Shown piece after piece: positions 26,501 through 41,500 of a DNA stretch of 64,000 bases. Numbering within the stretch: position 1 is the stretch's first letter; every line of letters begins with the position of its first letter. A program made the translations under genes and the position numbers. The notes beneath the pieces are model-generated. The model was not told the origin of the DNA. It saw only the letters and a program-made list of their open reading frames with translations, and did not search any database. Origin of the DNA: Lytechinus pictus (taxonomy: Eukaryota); assembly GCF_037042905.1 (NCBI RefSeq), contig NC_087251.1, forward strand, positions 39,558,001-39,622,000, written 5' to 3'.

Positions 26501-29500
26501 GCTCGTAGAACAATTGAAGTGTTTGATTAATTCCTTCAGTTTCTGTTTGATTCTTTCTTTATATAAATGCAGACTGTTTATTATTAGATATTTTTTTGAA
26601 ATAAATTATACCTTGTACACTTCTTGAATTGTTACGAAATTTGTCTACTTGGTGCTTTCTTTGACTCTCTGATTACCAGATGAATCTATATCCTACCGTA
26701 TATACACACAAATTTTTATACAATGCTGTTTATTATATATGAAAATTACGATAGTTGTTTAGCAGTTAAAACAAATGTTTTAAAATTGTAAACAACAGTA
26801 TTTACTTTTTAATATTTAAAATTAGATAAATTAAGCAAGGTTGTTCAAACTATTAAACAACTACTTAAAGTTCATGTAATAAACATTGTATAAGTTTCCA
26901 AACATGGAGACTATTTATTATTAGATGCCTTCAATCATGATTCGGGTAAGCTTTTGTTCTAAAGAGTGTCATTAGAATTCTTCTCCTAATCCTAATGTTT
27001 ACACCAAGTTCTTTAATTTTCCCAATTATGATTTAAAAAAAAAGAGAAAATATGAACATTGAAAACAGACATTTTGCCTGTGTGATAGATAAGATTAAAT
27101 GATATTGATGAAGAATGCTGTTATAGTCGTGACAAATTCAGAATGAAGTAGTTATTAAATCTTAATTCTTGATTAAGTAAATCTCAACTGTGACATCTCA
27201 ACTGTGTTTGTGATAGCCAAGCTTTTACAGACATCTCACTATCTTGCTTTAAAATCAAATTTCATTAATTACAACTTATGACTTTTTTTTAAAGCGACAA
27301 ACCAAGATGACATAATTTCTTTTTTGGGATTGCCATCCCTGTGGATGCATGTATAGTTAAACTAAAGGGTAAATGTGTTGAGTCGTCCACCCACCCCCAC
27401 TCTTTCTCTCGCTCTCTATCTCTAACTCTTTCTCTCCGTCTCTCAGATGGGACATTTGTTAGTTTCTTATATTTGAAAACAAGGAGGCAAAAAAAAACTT
27501 TTCAGCAACTGGAGCAAAATTTCCCAAGTGACGCACAAATTAAATGTTTGATTGGCTGTCGAGGAAGATATAGTCTTGTGGCATGTCTCTTCTCGCGCCG
27601 CCAAGAAGCCAGACATTTTGTGTGCTTGGATGTTGTTTAATGGTTGTGGAATATTGCGTAAAGTAGAACGGGGTCATCTTTATATGTAAAGAATATGAGG
27701 TTGAATTGTTGGCCTAATTCCACAATGCTGTGTTCTATTTCTTGGTATCTATCATTGCACTGTTTGCATCCCCCTTGCATGCTTTTCTATCTCTCATTCT
27801 CATTATTTTTCTTTCTTTCTCTCTCTCTGTCACTCTCTCTCTCTCTCTCTCTCACACACACTCACATACACTTGGTTTGATTATTTTACTATTTATGAAG
27901 TTTCATACCATAATGTAACATTTTCTCTGTCTCTCACTTAATCATACTGTTTATGAATCTGTTTTCTTCTCTGACCCCCCACTCTGCCTTTCTTTTATCT
28001 TCATTTCCCTCATTTTTCCCCGTCTTGTTCCTAATTTTTTTCTTCCCTTTTTTCCTTTCTTTGTGTGTACTAAAAATGCAACCCATTATTAGGAAAAGAA
28101 TGTTGAATTTATACTAATATCTAGGGAAGATATGAACTCATTAAGAATTTTTTTTTAATGTTTATTCTCTTCAAGGAGAAAAAAACGATGGTATCTTTCT
28201 TCATGTAATAACCACTTGTAAATCATTCTACCCCTACTACAAAATGAGCTTATAATGTATGTGCGTGGAGCGTTGTGGCCCAGTGGATTAGTCTTCGGAC
28301 TTTAAAACAGAGGGTCGTGGGTTCGAATCCCAGCCATGGCGTAATTTCCTTCGGCAAGAAATTTATCCACATTGTGCTGCACTTGACCCAGGTGAGGTGA
28401 ATGGGTACCCGGTAGGATTTATTCCTTGAATGCTTTAGCGCCTATATGGCCGCTCAGCTACAGCCGGGGTAATAATAATATACCAAGTGTATTTCAGCGC
28501 CTTGAGCACATAATCAATGTGGATTTGGCACTTTATAAATACTCTATATTATTATTATTATTATGTTTGTGTAATCCAAGTTATAGCCTTTACTTTTTAC
28601 TGAAGCAAGTTAGAAGAAGCAGAACAAAAATAGCATTGATAACCTTGAGTTCACTCATTATGCTTTATTGAAAGTCCTTGACATCATCATCTTAAGATCA
28701 TTCTAAGATCTTTGTTTCTTGCTTGAATGAAAAAAACCTAGGGTTAGATGGATCCTTTTCATTTGTAATAGCTTTCGGAGCGAACGAAAATCACAGAAAG
28801 CATCTTCCTTATCAGATCCTTGAGTACGTCAAGAGCAGGGTCGTCTTTCCTCGTCTGTGTATGGTGGTGTCAAGGAGAAAATAGAGAGGGAAAGGCAGAG
28901 GGATCCCTTTCATCTGTAATCTATCACTAGCTCAGCCAGCCTCCTTATCTCTATCAGCCCCAAGTCATTTTATCATCCTCGTCACAGCTCCTCCAACCCC
29001 CCTTAAAATTATCCAGGTGCCATCGAGGGTTGGTTGAATCGATGGTAGTCTGCGCCATCCGTACCCTTTCTTTCTGTTTGTTTGGATATAAGGGCCCATA
29101 TTCGCAAAGGCAGTTTTGAATCTGTGGTTTGTAACTACGGTAAATGCAGATTTCATGCATTAATTACGCGTACTCAGCACGTATACTGTATATTGGTTAA
29201 GTGTGATTCATGCATGAAGTCTGCATAAACCTTGGTTTTCAAACCACAGATTCAAAACACATTGTGAATTCGGGCCAAAATGCTTATCCCAAAATTTGAT
29301 GATGAAATGCCTTCCAATGAATCGTAATAAGAGCAGGAGGTTCATTCACACAATCAAAACTTGCAGAAAAAATATTGTAGTTAACTGAGTTTCGTACATA
29401 CTCTCATTTCTGGAAGCTACTATATTGTCAACAAATTACATGGCATTCATCAGAAATTATTATTATCAACCCCTTTTTCGATAAAAGCAGTTGGAGTACT

Positions 29501-32500
29501 AGTATACTACGAATTCATTCGCATACATATAGCCGCACACGACAAACGATGCCGCAAAGGTTTAGACATTTGATGCCTAAATTTGGCAATAATATCAATA
29601 GTATTCCTCTTTGTAAGGATCTAAGGGAGCATTCCTCGAAAATATAAGCAATCAGTTGTAAATTTCTGTTGCAATATGACAATGATAGATCAATTTTTAG
29701 CTGTAGCAAATATTTTTTACTCTCCTTGCTGCATTGACTAGATCAGGGCCCCCTTGCATAAAAGTTACTATCATGGTAACTTTGCCATCCAATGGTAACT
29801 ATCATGGTAACAATGCTCATCAGCCAATCAAAATCAAGGATTCCATGGTAGTTACCATTGGATGGCAAAGTTATCATAATGGTAACTTTTATGCAGTTGG
29901 ACCCAGGAGTTAATTGCTATCAATTTGCGATTGATCATTAGCTTACTTCAATGCCCCACAAGATACAGAAATTACATATCTTTGAGCCTCTGCCTCCTCA
30001 TGTAATCCTGAATGAAACAGGGTTTCATGCATGTAAACTAACCGATGGGTCCGGTGTGGATAGAGGTGTGCTTATTGCCCCGGGCGATGTGTGAATTCCT
30101 CCGAAATGGGGTGCACTTGATCTTCAAGCGCCTGTCTAGGGTAGAAGGAACGTTACTCCCAGGGTAGCTGGGGCCATAGTTAACTCTTAACTTGCCACAG
30201 CTCTATGGCTTGTGACATCACATTTGCTCCTGCGACAATTGCTCCGGTCTTAATATCTCAGAAGGCATAAGATTAGAGTTAGGACTGAAATAGAGTTTTT
30301 AGTTCAGAATAATGTAAAGATTAGGAGTAGGGTTTATTTAGTTTTGAAGATTAGGTTTTATGTTTTGCCTAATGTGCAGACTTTCCATCGGAGCAATTGT
30401 CATAGAACCTAATGGCTTGTATTCTCAACTCTGGTTTAGTTTAACCTATGGTCTAAGGGGGTTATTGCAAGAATTTTTGTAGATGCAAATTTACAAGTAG
30501 TAGGTCAATTTTATCTAAAGCACATTAATTCATAGTTGTTGATGCAATTATTATAATGACTAGCGACCCTCATCTACCATTATGACTGGCAAACCCCTTC
30601 TACTATTTTGACTAGCGACCCTCATCTACTATTATGAATGGCGACCCTCTTCTACTACTGTGACTGGCGAACCCCTGCTACTATTATGACTAGCGACCCT
30701 CTTCTACTATTATGACTAGAGAACCCCTTCTACTATTATGACTGGCGACCCTCTTCTACTATTATGACTGGCGAACCCCTTCTACTATTATGACTGGCGA
30801 CCCTCTTCTAATATTATGACTAGTGACCCTCATCTTCTATTATGAATGGTGACCCTCTTTTACTACTATGACTGGCAAACCCCTGCTACTATTATGACTA
30901 GCGACCCTCTTCTACTATTATGACTAGCCAACCCCTTCTACTATTATGACTGGCGACCCTCTTCTACTATTATGACTGGCAAACCCCTTCTCCTATTATG
31001 TCTGGTGAACCCCTTCTTCAATTATGACTAGTGACCCTCATTGACTACTATGACTGGCGAACCCCTGCTACTATTATGACTAGCGACCCTCTTGTACTAT
31101 TATGACTAGCGAACCCCTTCTACTATTATGACTGGCGACCCTCTTCTAATATTATGACTAGTGACCCTCATCCTCTATTATGAATGGTGACCCTCTTTTA
31201 CTACTATGACTGGCGAACCCCTGCTACTATTATGACTAGTGACCCTCTTGTACTATTATGACTAGCGAACCCCTTCTACTATTATGACTAGCGACGCTCA
31301 TCTATTATTATGACTGGCAAACCCATTCTACTATTATGACTGGCGACCCTCTTCTAATATTATGACTAGTGACCCTCATCTTCTATTATGAATGGCGACC
31401 CTCTTCTACTACTATGACTGGCAAACCCCTTCTACTATTATGACTAGCCACCCTCATCTAGTATTATGAATACCGACCCTCATTGTTGATTATGATCAAT
31501 GACCCTTATGGTCCATTATGAATAACGACCCTCATCTTGCATTATGAATATCGGACCTTATGACTCATGGTCCTTATGACTAGTGACCCCTTTTCCCTAT
31601 TTTGACTAGCGAACTTTCGGGTATAGGATTTTACACATTTTGACTAGCGGTCCTTATGACTAGTTAGTATTATGACTTGTGGTCCTTATGACTAGCGGGC
31701 TTACCCCACACTCCCACCCCCCATATACTGTACAAACACACACATTCTACGTACGTTACTTAGCCACATCTCTGGCACCATTCCTCTGCATTCTGTCCCC
31801 CCAATTCATATGCATTCCATCTTTACTTTCTATCTCTCCTCTTTCATGTATCCTCTTCCCCTGCTCTTCTTCATCTCTCTCTTTCCATCTTATTCTTCTA
31901 AGGTCTTGATTGACACTAAATTTTCACTTTCTGTTTTTCTCCTCTCCTACACCCCCCTCTCTCTCCCCACCCCCCCCCCCCCTCTCTCTCTCCCTCTCAT
32001 TCTTCCTCTCTCATGCACCATCTTATCCTCCTAAGGTCTTGATCAACACAAGATTGTTACTTTCTGTCTTTCTATCCTACACCGCTCTCTCCCTTTCTTC
32101 CTCTCTCTTATTCTCATGCACCATCCCATCCTTCCAGGGTCTTACTTGACACCAAATTTTTACTTTCTGTGTTTCTATCCTCCTACGCCTTTCTCTTACG
32201 CTCCATCCCATCTTTCCAAGGTCTTACTTGACACAAAATTTTGATTTTCTGTCTGTCTCTCCCCTCTTACAACTACCTCTCACACTCTTCTGCTCTCTCT
32301 CTCTCTTTCATGCTCCATCCCATCCTTCCAGGGTCCTACTTGATACGATATTTTTAAATATCTGTCTTTCTCTCCTCCTATGTCTCTCCGCCCACTCTTC
32401 CTCTCTCTCTCTTTCTCTCGCTCTATCCCACCCATCCAAGGTCTCACTTGACACCAAATCACAGACCAGATTCGCGTGTGACTCAGCTGTTATCGCAAGC

Positions 32501-35500
32501 CATATTACATGAAAGTGTTATTCTTTAATGCAGAAACAAATTGACCTTTTGTGGTCTTGCATAGTATTTTTTATTGATTTGTCTCTGGCGGGTGCACTTT
32601 TAGCATTCAATCACGGTATATGAGTCTATGCTCAGAGCTCAGGGAGAACTTCATAAGAGGAACAATAAAGTTCTTTCTTCATCAGCTTGCAGCATAAGAT
32701 GTCACTTATCCATAATGTGCGTGCCCACAAATCAGATATATTTTTATGGAATAGCTGAAGAATAACCACCTCACATAATCATAATAAAAATAGGCATTTG
32801 TATAGCACCATCTATCTAGAAATAATCTATTCCGAGGCGCATTGTTTTTGTTATTATTACACCGGCTTATGCTCAAGCTGCCTTTTAGTGCTCAATGCAT
32901 TCAAGGAATTAATCTTGCCGGGTACCCATTCACCTCACCTAGGTTGAGTGCAGCACAATGTTGGTAAATTTCTTTCTTGCCATGGCTGGGATTCGAACCC
33001 ATGTTCCTCTGATTGAAAGATGAGACTCGTAACCACTAGACCACGACACCCCCAATCATATATCAACTTAAGTCACTTGACAAATTCCCATAAAGTTACT
33101 TCCAGTATCCTCCTCTTCACTTCTGTGTATGTCTTCATAGCTGTACACAGAAATTGTTTTTCGGGGGGGGGTTAAGGAAGACAATAAGACATGTAACTTG
33201 TTTTAAAGAAACTCAAATGGGGGGAGAGCGAAGCGACTGAGCTTGTCCTTGGTGTATTTTTGCATTTTCTAAAGTTAAATTAAAGGATTTTGTGCATACT
33301 TTGGGTGAATTTTGTGAATTTTTCTTCATAATTTTGGGGCCTTCCCTGTTCCCTAGCCCATGCTGTGTATGCCCATGCATGTAGTCTTCATATTATGCCT
33401 CTTTGTACTTGTCATTTTATAAGGGACGTACCAATGTTGTCTCAGCACTAAGTTATATCAAATATATATCTTTATCAGATATGAACTCCTTAATATGGTA
33501 TAAAGATCTACTTTTAAATTAAAAAAAATGAATTTGAATCTTTTCATTCCTGCGACAGTTTACCTTTTACAAAACTTTCACCCATTTCTTGGTGAAGGGA
33601 AGATGTTCCGGAAAATTAGGCTTCTCAGTTTCCCCTTTTAACATACCGCATTCACATATTACCAAATGCCCAGGAACTAAACGCTTTTTAGCTCGCAAAT
33701 TAATGGACTGTGGTTTCTCCTGCCCCCTGGCTTTTGCACATCCATTTCTTTCCTACTTCTTGCGAGCGTTTGAGCGAACGTGCTGAGAAGAAATAGGCCA
33801 TGACATGAAATGCCTTTTCTCTTCGTCTAAAAGCTCTGGGCTACATGCTTCACAAATTAATTTGATGTTCCTATCTTATCAATCCCACAACTAGCCCCTG
33901 GGACTTTTTTTCTGCCGCGTTTTTGATGGATAATGTTGTTGGGAGAGTTTTAGTGTGTGATTATCAGACTAATAATGTTTAGTGATTGCAATCGTATTGG
34001 TTTCACCAGTAAGATGGAGAGACAAGAATTCTACGAGTTTCTTGATGCGATCATCCATATTTGATTCTTTAGGTTACTGATTTTGTAAATTCGCTTGTTT
34101 CGTAAAGTGCACATGCTTGTTTAGGTAGAAGATTGATGGATCCAGGTCCTTTCCAAAGGACCTGGTAATGAGGATTAATGCCTAGATGCTGAAAACACTA
34201 TTTTTTGGTGTGATGCCTTTAAGACTTGGGCTGAATCTTGATTGATCCTCCTAAGAGGTGACTCTCTACCCCCCCCCCCCCCCCCCGCCACCAAAGGAAT
34301 TCTGCCAGTGATCGTTGAATTTCAATTAAACTTGGTATGCACATAACCTATTGTTCAATCACCCATACTTTCTACAAAAACCCTTAACCCACAATACTAT
34401 AATGTATTATTCCATAAAAATACATTAAAAAGTTCAAAACATGTACAAAAATATGTGCTGGATGTGAAAGAAAAGACTTGTGAATTCTTGACCTTTTGAT
34501 CTTTTGTTGAAGATTTTATAAAATATTAAGGTGGCAGCTTCCCAGCAGTCAGAAGAAGACGTAGATATGATTAACAGGAACTAAAATTTTCATGTAGGAT
34601 CGGTCAATAAAAATGCATATAATAGTTTCTACAATTTCAAAAGACTTTTGAATATCAGTCCAATGTGATTAATACATTTAAACCTTTAAGCTTTCAACAA
34701 GCTTTCATGGCATGTGATTGGTACAAGTAAATATTTTTCACATACATAATTTTTTATGACTTTTCAAGCTCCACAATTTGTATTCAGCATGAAATTATTG
34801 TATATATAATTAGATTTATTGAAGAAAAATTGTGATTTCTTTTTCACCTATTTTTTTTTTCGTAAAATCTTCGCCAAAAAAAATACTGAGATTTTAGTAT
34901 ACCACTGAAGAGAAGGGCACTGTGGACTGGATTTCAGGGAGTGTTTATGCTCCCTGATTTTTCTTGCGAGCCTAGAGAATGAAATCGTGCGGAAGTAAAT
35001 GCCGTTGCAATAAAATGCGCATAAGCAGCAGCTGGTAATGAATTATTCCAAACAATATATACACAGTCGCCTGAATGAATTCTCTGATTTAATCATTATG
35101 CTTCATGCTTTTCCAAGTAAAGGGAAAATACCTTTTCTTTCCCAGTGAAAATATATTACAAGGTAATGTGAATTACACAGAGCTCAAATCTTTATGATCT
35201 CAATAGAAAATATGGATGTCATTTCCTTATTCATCTTTTGGTATCACTTACCTGATAATAATAATATGGAGCTTTTATGTAGCGCTTTACAATTTAAATA
35301 GAATGTAATTCAAACAAGTACAATGTAATCAATTTAAATAGAACAAAGTATGAATATAAGTGTACAATTTTAATGTCAATCATATAAACAACAAGACAAT
35401 AAATGAAATAGCAAGAAAATAACAGATAAAACAGATAACTGGTAATCATTGAATGTAAAACATGAAGAGGTAATGAAATATCAATCATATAACAACAAAT

Positions 35501-38500
35501 CAATAGACAGATAACTGGTCAATGCAACAGCTTGCTTGTTTTGTTGATTAAAAAGATGGGTTTTGAGTCGATTTTTAAATACATCGACAGTAGGAGAATT
35601 CTGAATGTGGGCAGGGAGATTATTCCAGAAAGCAGGGGCATGCACCGAGAAAGCACGATCACCGTAACGCGAGCGCGAGGGCCAGGTGCAAGTCGCAGTT
35701 TTGATGATGAACGGAGAGGCATGGAGGTAGAATATCTTTGTGAGGGACACTGTGGGATGATTTTGCAGGAGTTTAGATATTTGAGATTTAAAATAACAAA
35801 ATGTATTCCATTGTTTTTCTCTCTGGTCTCTTTTCATGCACCTTTTTGAAATATCCATTTTAAATCAACTCCCATTAATGCAAGATATATTTTGTATTTT
35901 GTATACCACTTATCCATAAACAAAAGAACATTATCTAAAAAAAAATGGCTTATGATGATTTGATATCAGGGACTGTCAGCGGTTAATCGCTAATTTGTAA
36001 GAACAATTCTGATTGGTTCCTAGTTAGTCTACTGAGGAAATTTCACATACAAAGCTGATCTTGATAGGCCATTTCATTTAGTGATTAATCACTCATCTTT
36101 GTGTCACAGGGCCCATAATGCATTGTCTTACAATTTATTGTAAAATAATAATTCATTGTGAAGTGTCCTAATCATTAGTGTGCGCTTTGTCACATGCACG
36201 GCGCTGAATTAATACTTGTACAGATTTGAAGATAATAAAAGAGTTTTGGTTAAACATATGATTGGTTGATGAAGGCGAGTTTCCTGTAAACATTTAGTAC
36301 TTGAAATTAAAATAGAATTAGAAATAATTGTCTTTAATATTCTCTTTTTAGAGGTGTTGTGGCTCGGTGGATAAGTCTCTGGAATTTGAACCACAAGATC
36401 TGGGGTTCAAATCCCACTGCAGCACTCGCGTCCTCTTGCAGGGCATTTATCTACTTTTGCCACTCTCTATCCAGGTGTAGTAAATGGGTACCTGCATGGT
36501 GCAAAGGAATTCCTTGAGTGTTTGAGCGCCTGATAAGTGTAGCTGTGCTAAGGCCAGGGTAATAGTGTGCAGTGCTTAGAAACATTGTATTGTGCATTGT
36601 ATTGCAGGGGCCGCGGAACGGTTTTCAAAGTGGGGGGGCTGACCATGCTAAAAATCACAATCATATGGTCATTTTTACGTTTTTGTACACGGTTTTGTAA
36701 AAAAGTGAGTGGGGGCTGAAGCGCCCCCCCCCCCCCCCCCCGGTTCAGCGGCCCCTGTATTGCACATTATTGTTTGGACAAGCATGGTGGTTCACTATGG
36801 TGTTCTCCTTGGTGCTTGGCGCATTTAATTAATTTCTCATGGTAATTATTATATGATATATCCTGTTGTTGAGACAAAGTCCTGCATACCCCACGACAAG
36901 ATGGTGGTGGAAGGAGGAACAAAAGATGAAAACTGAAAGAGGCAAATAAACACTGTCGCCCTGACAATCAAACAAAGAAGAGGAAGTCAGCACTCAGTTT
37001 TCTTAGCCTTGTGTTATCTTTCACCCTAGACTGTAATATTAATGTGATTTTCACACTGACACTCACGTTTGTTTTGACCAACTCCAAAGCTGGATAAAAT
37101 TTGAACTGACCAACTGTTGGTTACAAAATCCTCATTAATATTGCATGCAAGTTTGTTTCAAACCACAATTCCTCGGTTCACATTTGAACCAACCTATTAG
37201 TTGGTTAAACATTTGTGTAAGATAGTAGTGTAGTGAAGTATTTTTAGTCCTTAAGATTTATTCAGCCATAGATAAATCCTATACTGATTACTGAACAGTT
37301 TGTTGCATATGAGGCCCTAGTGGGCATCTTAAATCCATTTTTTTTTCTCAGACTGAAATTTGCCTTATGATGTTTGAAGGTTTGTATGGTGGTATAAACG
37401 ATCGTGGAAGTGGTTTGCAACACTAATTTTAGGGTGTCCCAACTTCGATCAAAGTCAGTGTAATAGGAGGTTGGGTTGACAGGAAAAAAAAAAACGATGA
37501 TGTGAAATCATGTGATGGGTCTTTTGAACTGTTGAAAGACTCTATCTCTTATTTGTTTAAAAAATCTAAATCAATAAAACTTTTGAAATTTTAATCATCA
37601 AACTTTCCAAGTGCATCTCTCTGAATTGCAGAATTCACTTCAATGCAAGGTTTAGTATTGTATTGTAGAATGTACGAGATTGCTGATATTAATATTCACT
37701 TTGTCGGAGGCATGTAACTTGGAGGGAAATATAGAATGATGTAATTGGAGATTAATTGTCATCGAATGAACCATCAAAAATGTCAAGATGCCTGGAGCAG
37801 CGGTCATCAAGTACCTATGATTAAATTTCAGTCTTTGCCATGCCTACGAGGCAGAGGGATTGTTTGAAGAGGTAAAAGCTGCTAAACTTGTCTGTTCGGA
37901 TTGAAATGGTGTTGAGAGTTACACCCTTCTGCATCTGAAATGTATGAAGGATCATTCAGTTGATTGTTAATTGTATAGTAACTCAACTTTTAAATTATGA
38001 AGTGTTTAAAGGTAAATGCTAGTTTTGGTAACGATATCAAAATGAGTTCGTACAGAATCCAATGAAATGACCACCAACGTGTCTGTTTGTATAAATAAAA
38101 CGCATGTGCCAAAGGATTCTGGAATAAATTGTGTAATTGCTGAGAAATCAGCAAATAAGCACAGGATTCGGGTAGAGCGTCGGGCCCGACGCTCAAAGCA
38201 ATAATTCTACACTGTCCCACGTGTGCTTATCTGTGTTGGGGAAGTTCAGTCTGAACATTTTTCAGCGTAGATTTCAAGATTTCACAAAGTTCAGTCTATG
38301 TAACTGTACCAGGTCTAGATCCTCGATGATATACTGACAATTAAACCTGGTTTTACAGACTTTCTCATGAAATCAGTGTTTACTGCAACTACTGGAATTT
38401 CCCTTTAATGGGAAGGGACCAATGTGAATAGAAAGATGATATGGAGTTCATGTAATATACTTTTAAGAATCATTAGTACCATTAGTAGTAAATAATATAA

Positions 38501-41500
38501 AGGTTAGAAGGTGCCAATTTGTTCAGTCCTTACCTCGGCTAAGGAAACTTTATATTACATCATGACAAATAAATACTAGTCTACGTGAGATCAAGTAACT
38601 TAAAGCCAAAATATAAAAAAAACTATATAAATAGAAACACCTTAAACAGAAAGAAAACTAATAAAAGAATTGGTGACATTTTTAACAATAGAATTACGTT
38701 GCAAAAGCTGTCAGTCTCCACTTCCACTTCATGGTTGCTTTTCCAAGAGAGAGAGAGAAAAATAAAATATAGAATCAAGAACATATCAAGTATCATTTTC
38801 AAAGTCCAATAATCATTAAAATCACTAAATGTCACAGCAAAAATTGTCAATTAAGGACGTTCCACAGTTATATTTGTGCGCATTATGATCTGCGCATAGT
38901 TTACACTCTGCGCGCTGACGTCACAATGGATGAACAGGTGACTAATTAGCTGCGGGTATGAGCTGATTTTTCTCATCTTCTGCACTTAAACTGCAGATCC
39001 GATGCGTTATTTCATGAAGCTAAAAAATTGAATTATTCCATGGACCATTCAAAAAAATATTCTCTACAATTTCAAAATACTTTACTCTGCAGTGCTGCCA
39101 AGAATCACGAATATTACCCCGAGTTTGAATAAATGGTAGAGTGGTTTTGATTTTTTCTTCACATAGATACTAAGCATTCGGCCCATTTTTGGTGTTTTTA
39201 AAAGCACATTTGCTCTAATAAAAATGCTGATAGTTTAAAAACAAGCACATGAACCCCTATTTTTTAATGTTTGTACCTCTTAGGTATACCTTCCTCTACA
39301 ACTCTGCAAATTTTGGTGAAAATGACATGGATTTTGAATAAAGTGCAGCATTTATTGTACGTTTGTAGTTTGTTACTGAAATTTCACATTTTTTAGATTG
39401 GGATTTTGTTATCTTTTACGCCATTTTTAAGAACTGACAGTGCTGTTAAACTTAAAATTGCAAACAAATAGCACTATTAATAGATTCTCCATTCTAACGA
39501 TACAATTATTAACTCTCTTGCGAAATTTGATGACTTTTTCATGTATTTTGACTGAGTAATGGAGGTTTAAACTCATTGTAGTAATCTTGGGCGGTCTAAA
39601 AATGCCAAATTCTTTTGAATGCGCAATTCTTAAGAACATCAATTTGGGTGAACTTTGAAGCTCTATAGCAAAAAATCAAGCACATGGACCTATGTTAATT
39701 TTTGCACATTTCGAATATTAAGGTTCTAAAGTATCTATGTGCAAAGTTTGGTGAAAATGACATGGATTTCACTTTAACTGTGGAACGTCCTTAATAGGAA
39801 TGTGTCATAAAAGAGAAAATTAATATTCACCTGTTTCCTTCTGTTAAACAAACGACGTACTAGTTTTGTTGCGGCCAGAACAGAATGTTTCGAGCAGTCT
39901 TTCCTTCCAAAGTAAATATCAAAAGTGGTCAATATGTGCAATTTCAATAATAATCATTTGTTTTTTGTACAGAGTTACACACTTCTGCTTCCAAATGTAT
40001 AAATGATCAATTGAGTTAGTTGCTAATTGAATTTTAAACTATGAAGGGCTTACTTTAATGGAGGGATGGGGTCGATGCGAATAGAAAGATTTTAAATGGA
40101 AGTCATGTAGTATACTTTGAAGAATCTATATAGTGTCAATAGTGAGAGTGCGTGGGAGGGGTTGGTTGGAATAGATATATGATAGATTCTTTTAAACTTT
40201 ATGAAATACTCCTTTTACAATCAATATTGCTATTAGTGAGAGAAATTCATAGAGTTGATGTAAGGGCCAATTCGTTCAAGCTATTATGGTGTTTGGGAGT
40301 TACGCCCTTCTGCTTCCAAGTGTATGAATGATCATTCCGAATTTTGATTAAGGAACAGTTTGATGGGGAAGGGGAGCATTTACGATCATAAAAGTTGTCT
40401 AACAATCAATATTGCTATTAGTGAGAGAAATATTTAGTTGAAGTAAGTGCTAACTTGTTCAGGCTAGAATGGTTTTTGGAATTGGACCCTTTTGCATCCA
40501 GTTGTACATATGATCAATTAATTAATAGCTATTTGTATAGAAACTGAATTTTGAACTATAAAGGGTTTGATTGGGAAGGGGAAGTGAATAGATACATCAT
40601 AGATTCTTGTAAACTTTAAGAAATACTTTTTACAATCAATAATGCAATTAGTGAGAGAAATTTGAAGAGTTGAAGTAAGTGCTCCTGTATCCAAATATAT
40701 AAGTGAACAATCTGAACAATCAGTTGATAATTGTATAGTAACTGAAATCTGGAGCTTGAACTATGAAGGGTTTAAATTGGGGGAGGGGGATAATGTAAAT
40801 ACATAGATTATATATTTTTTAAACTAAAAAATCCTTCTTTTGCCTAGGAAGAGTTCTAGACTATACACAAATTAGGAGACTATTTTCAGACAATATGAGG
40901 TTTCTATCATTGCCATATTTTCAAAATACTAATTTTTCTGAACTGCCCTATAAATTTATACATCTTGAAGATGCAAGATTTTAACACCCCGGCAACAATG
41001 TACATATATCTATTATGATTCTAGAATATACTCAGAGATAATGCATGTATTTTCTGAGTTCCAATTGTTCGGACAAAAGCTTCGTGCAATTTTGTGGTAT
41101 AAACACTTTCCAGGATTAAGCACTAAAGCATCACAACCCTCACATCCACCTATAATTATCATTAAGCTTTTATGCTGGATGCAAGGCTAGATATGCGGAC
41201 CCTGGGATTCCAGGGTATCATTGAATGTTTTCATTGAAGAGTATGTACTTTCCAACAAGGAAGTACATGGATGTAGCGGGTGGCGAGGTGAGAGGGAGAG
41301 AAAGGCCTGTTTCATAAAGGACTTGCAACTGTTGTAACTTTGCCATTATGGCAACTACCATGGTAACAGGGCTCAGCAGCCAATCATAATCAAGGTTTCC
41401 ATGGTAGTTGCCATGATGGCAAAGTTACGACAGTTGCAAGTCCTTTATGAAACGGGCCCCAGGAGAGCAAGAGATTGGTGGAGGAGAGGTGGAGGAAGGG

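Noticed and set aside
28267..28340. tRNA gene (also 2251, 33052, 36351, 41957)
   Set aside because: A/B boxes continue into a shared SINE body and tail; no complete cloverleaf or T-run terminator evident.
30551..31697. CRISPR-like array
   Set aside because: Contiguous 26-bp units with no unique spacers, no cas genes, eukaryotic context.
35146..35162. 17-nt candidate micro-exon (tttcccag|...|gtaatg) in intron 3
   Set aside because: Not needed for frame, would frameshift, and such sites arise by chance in 18 kb; a poison-exon role cannot be excluded without RNA data.
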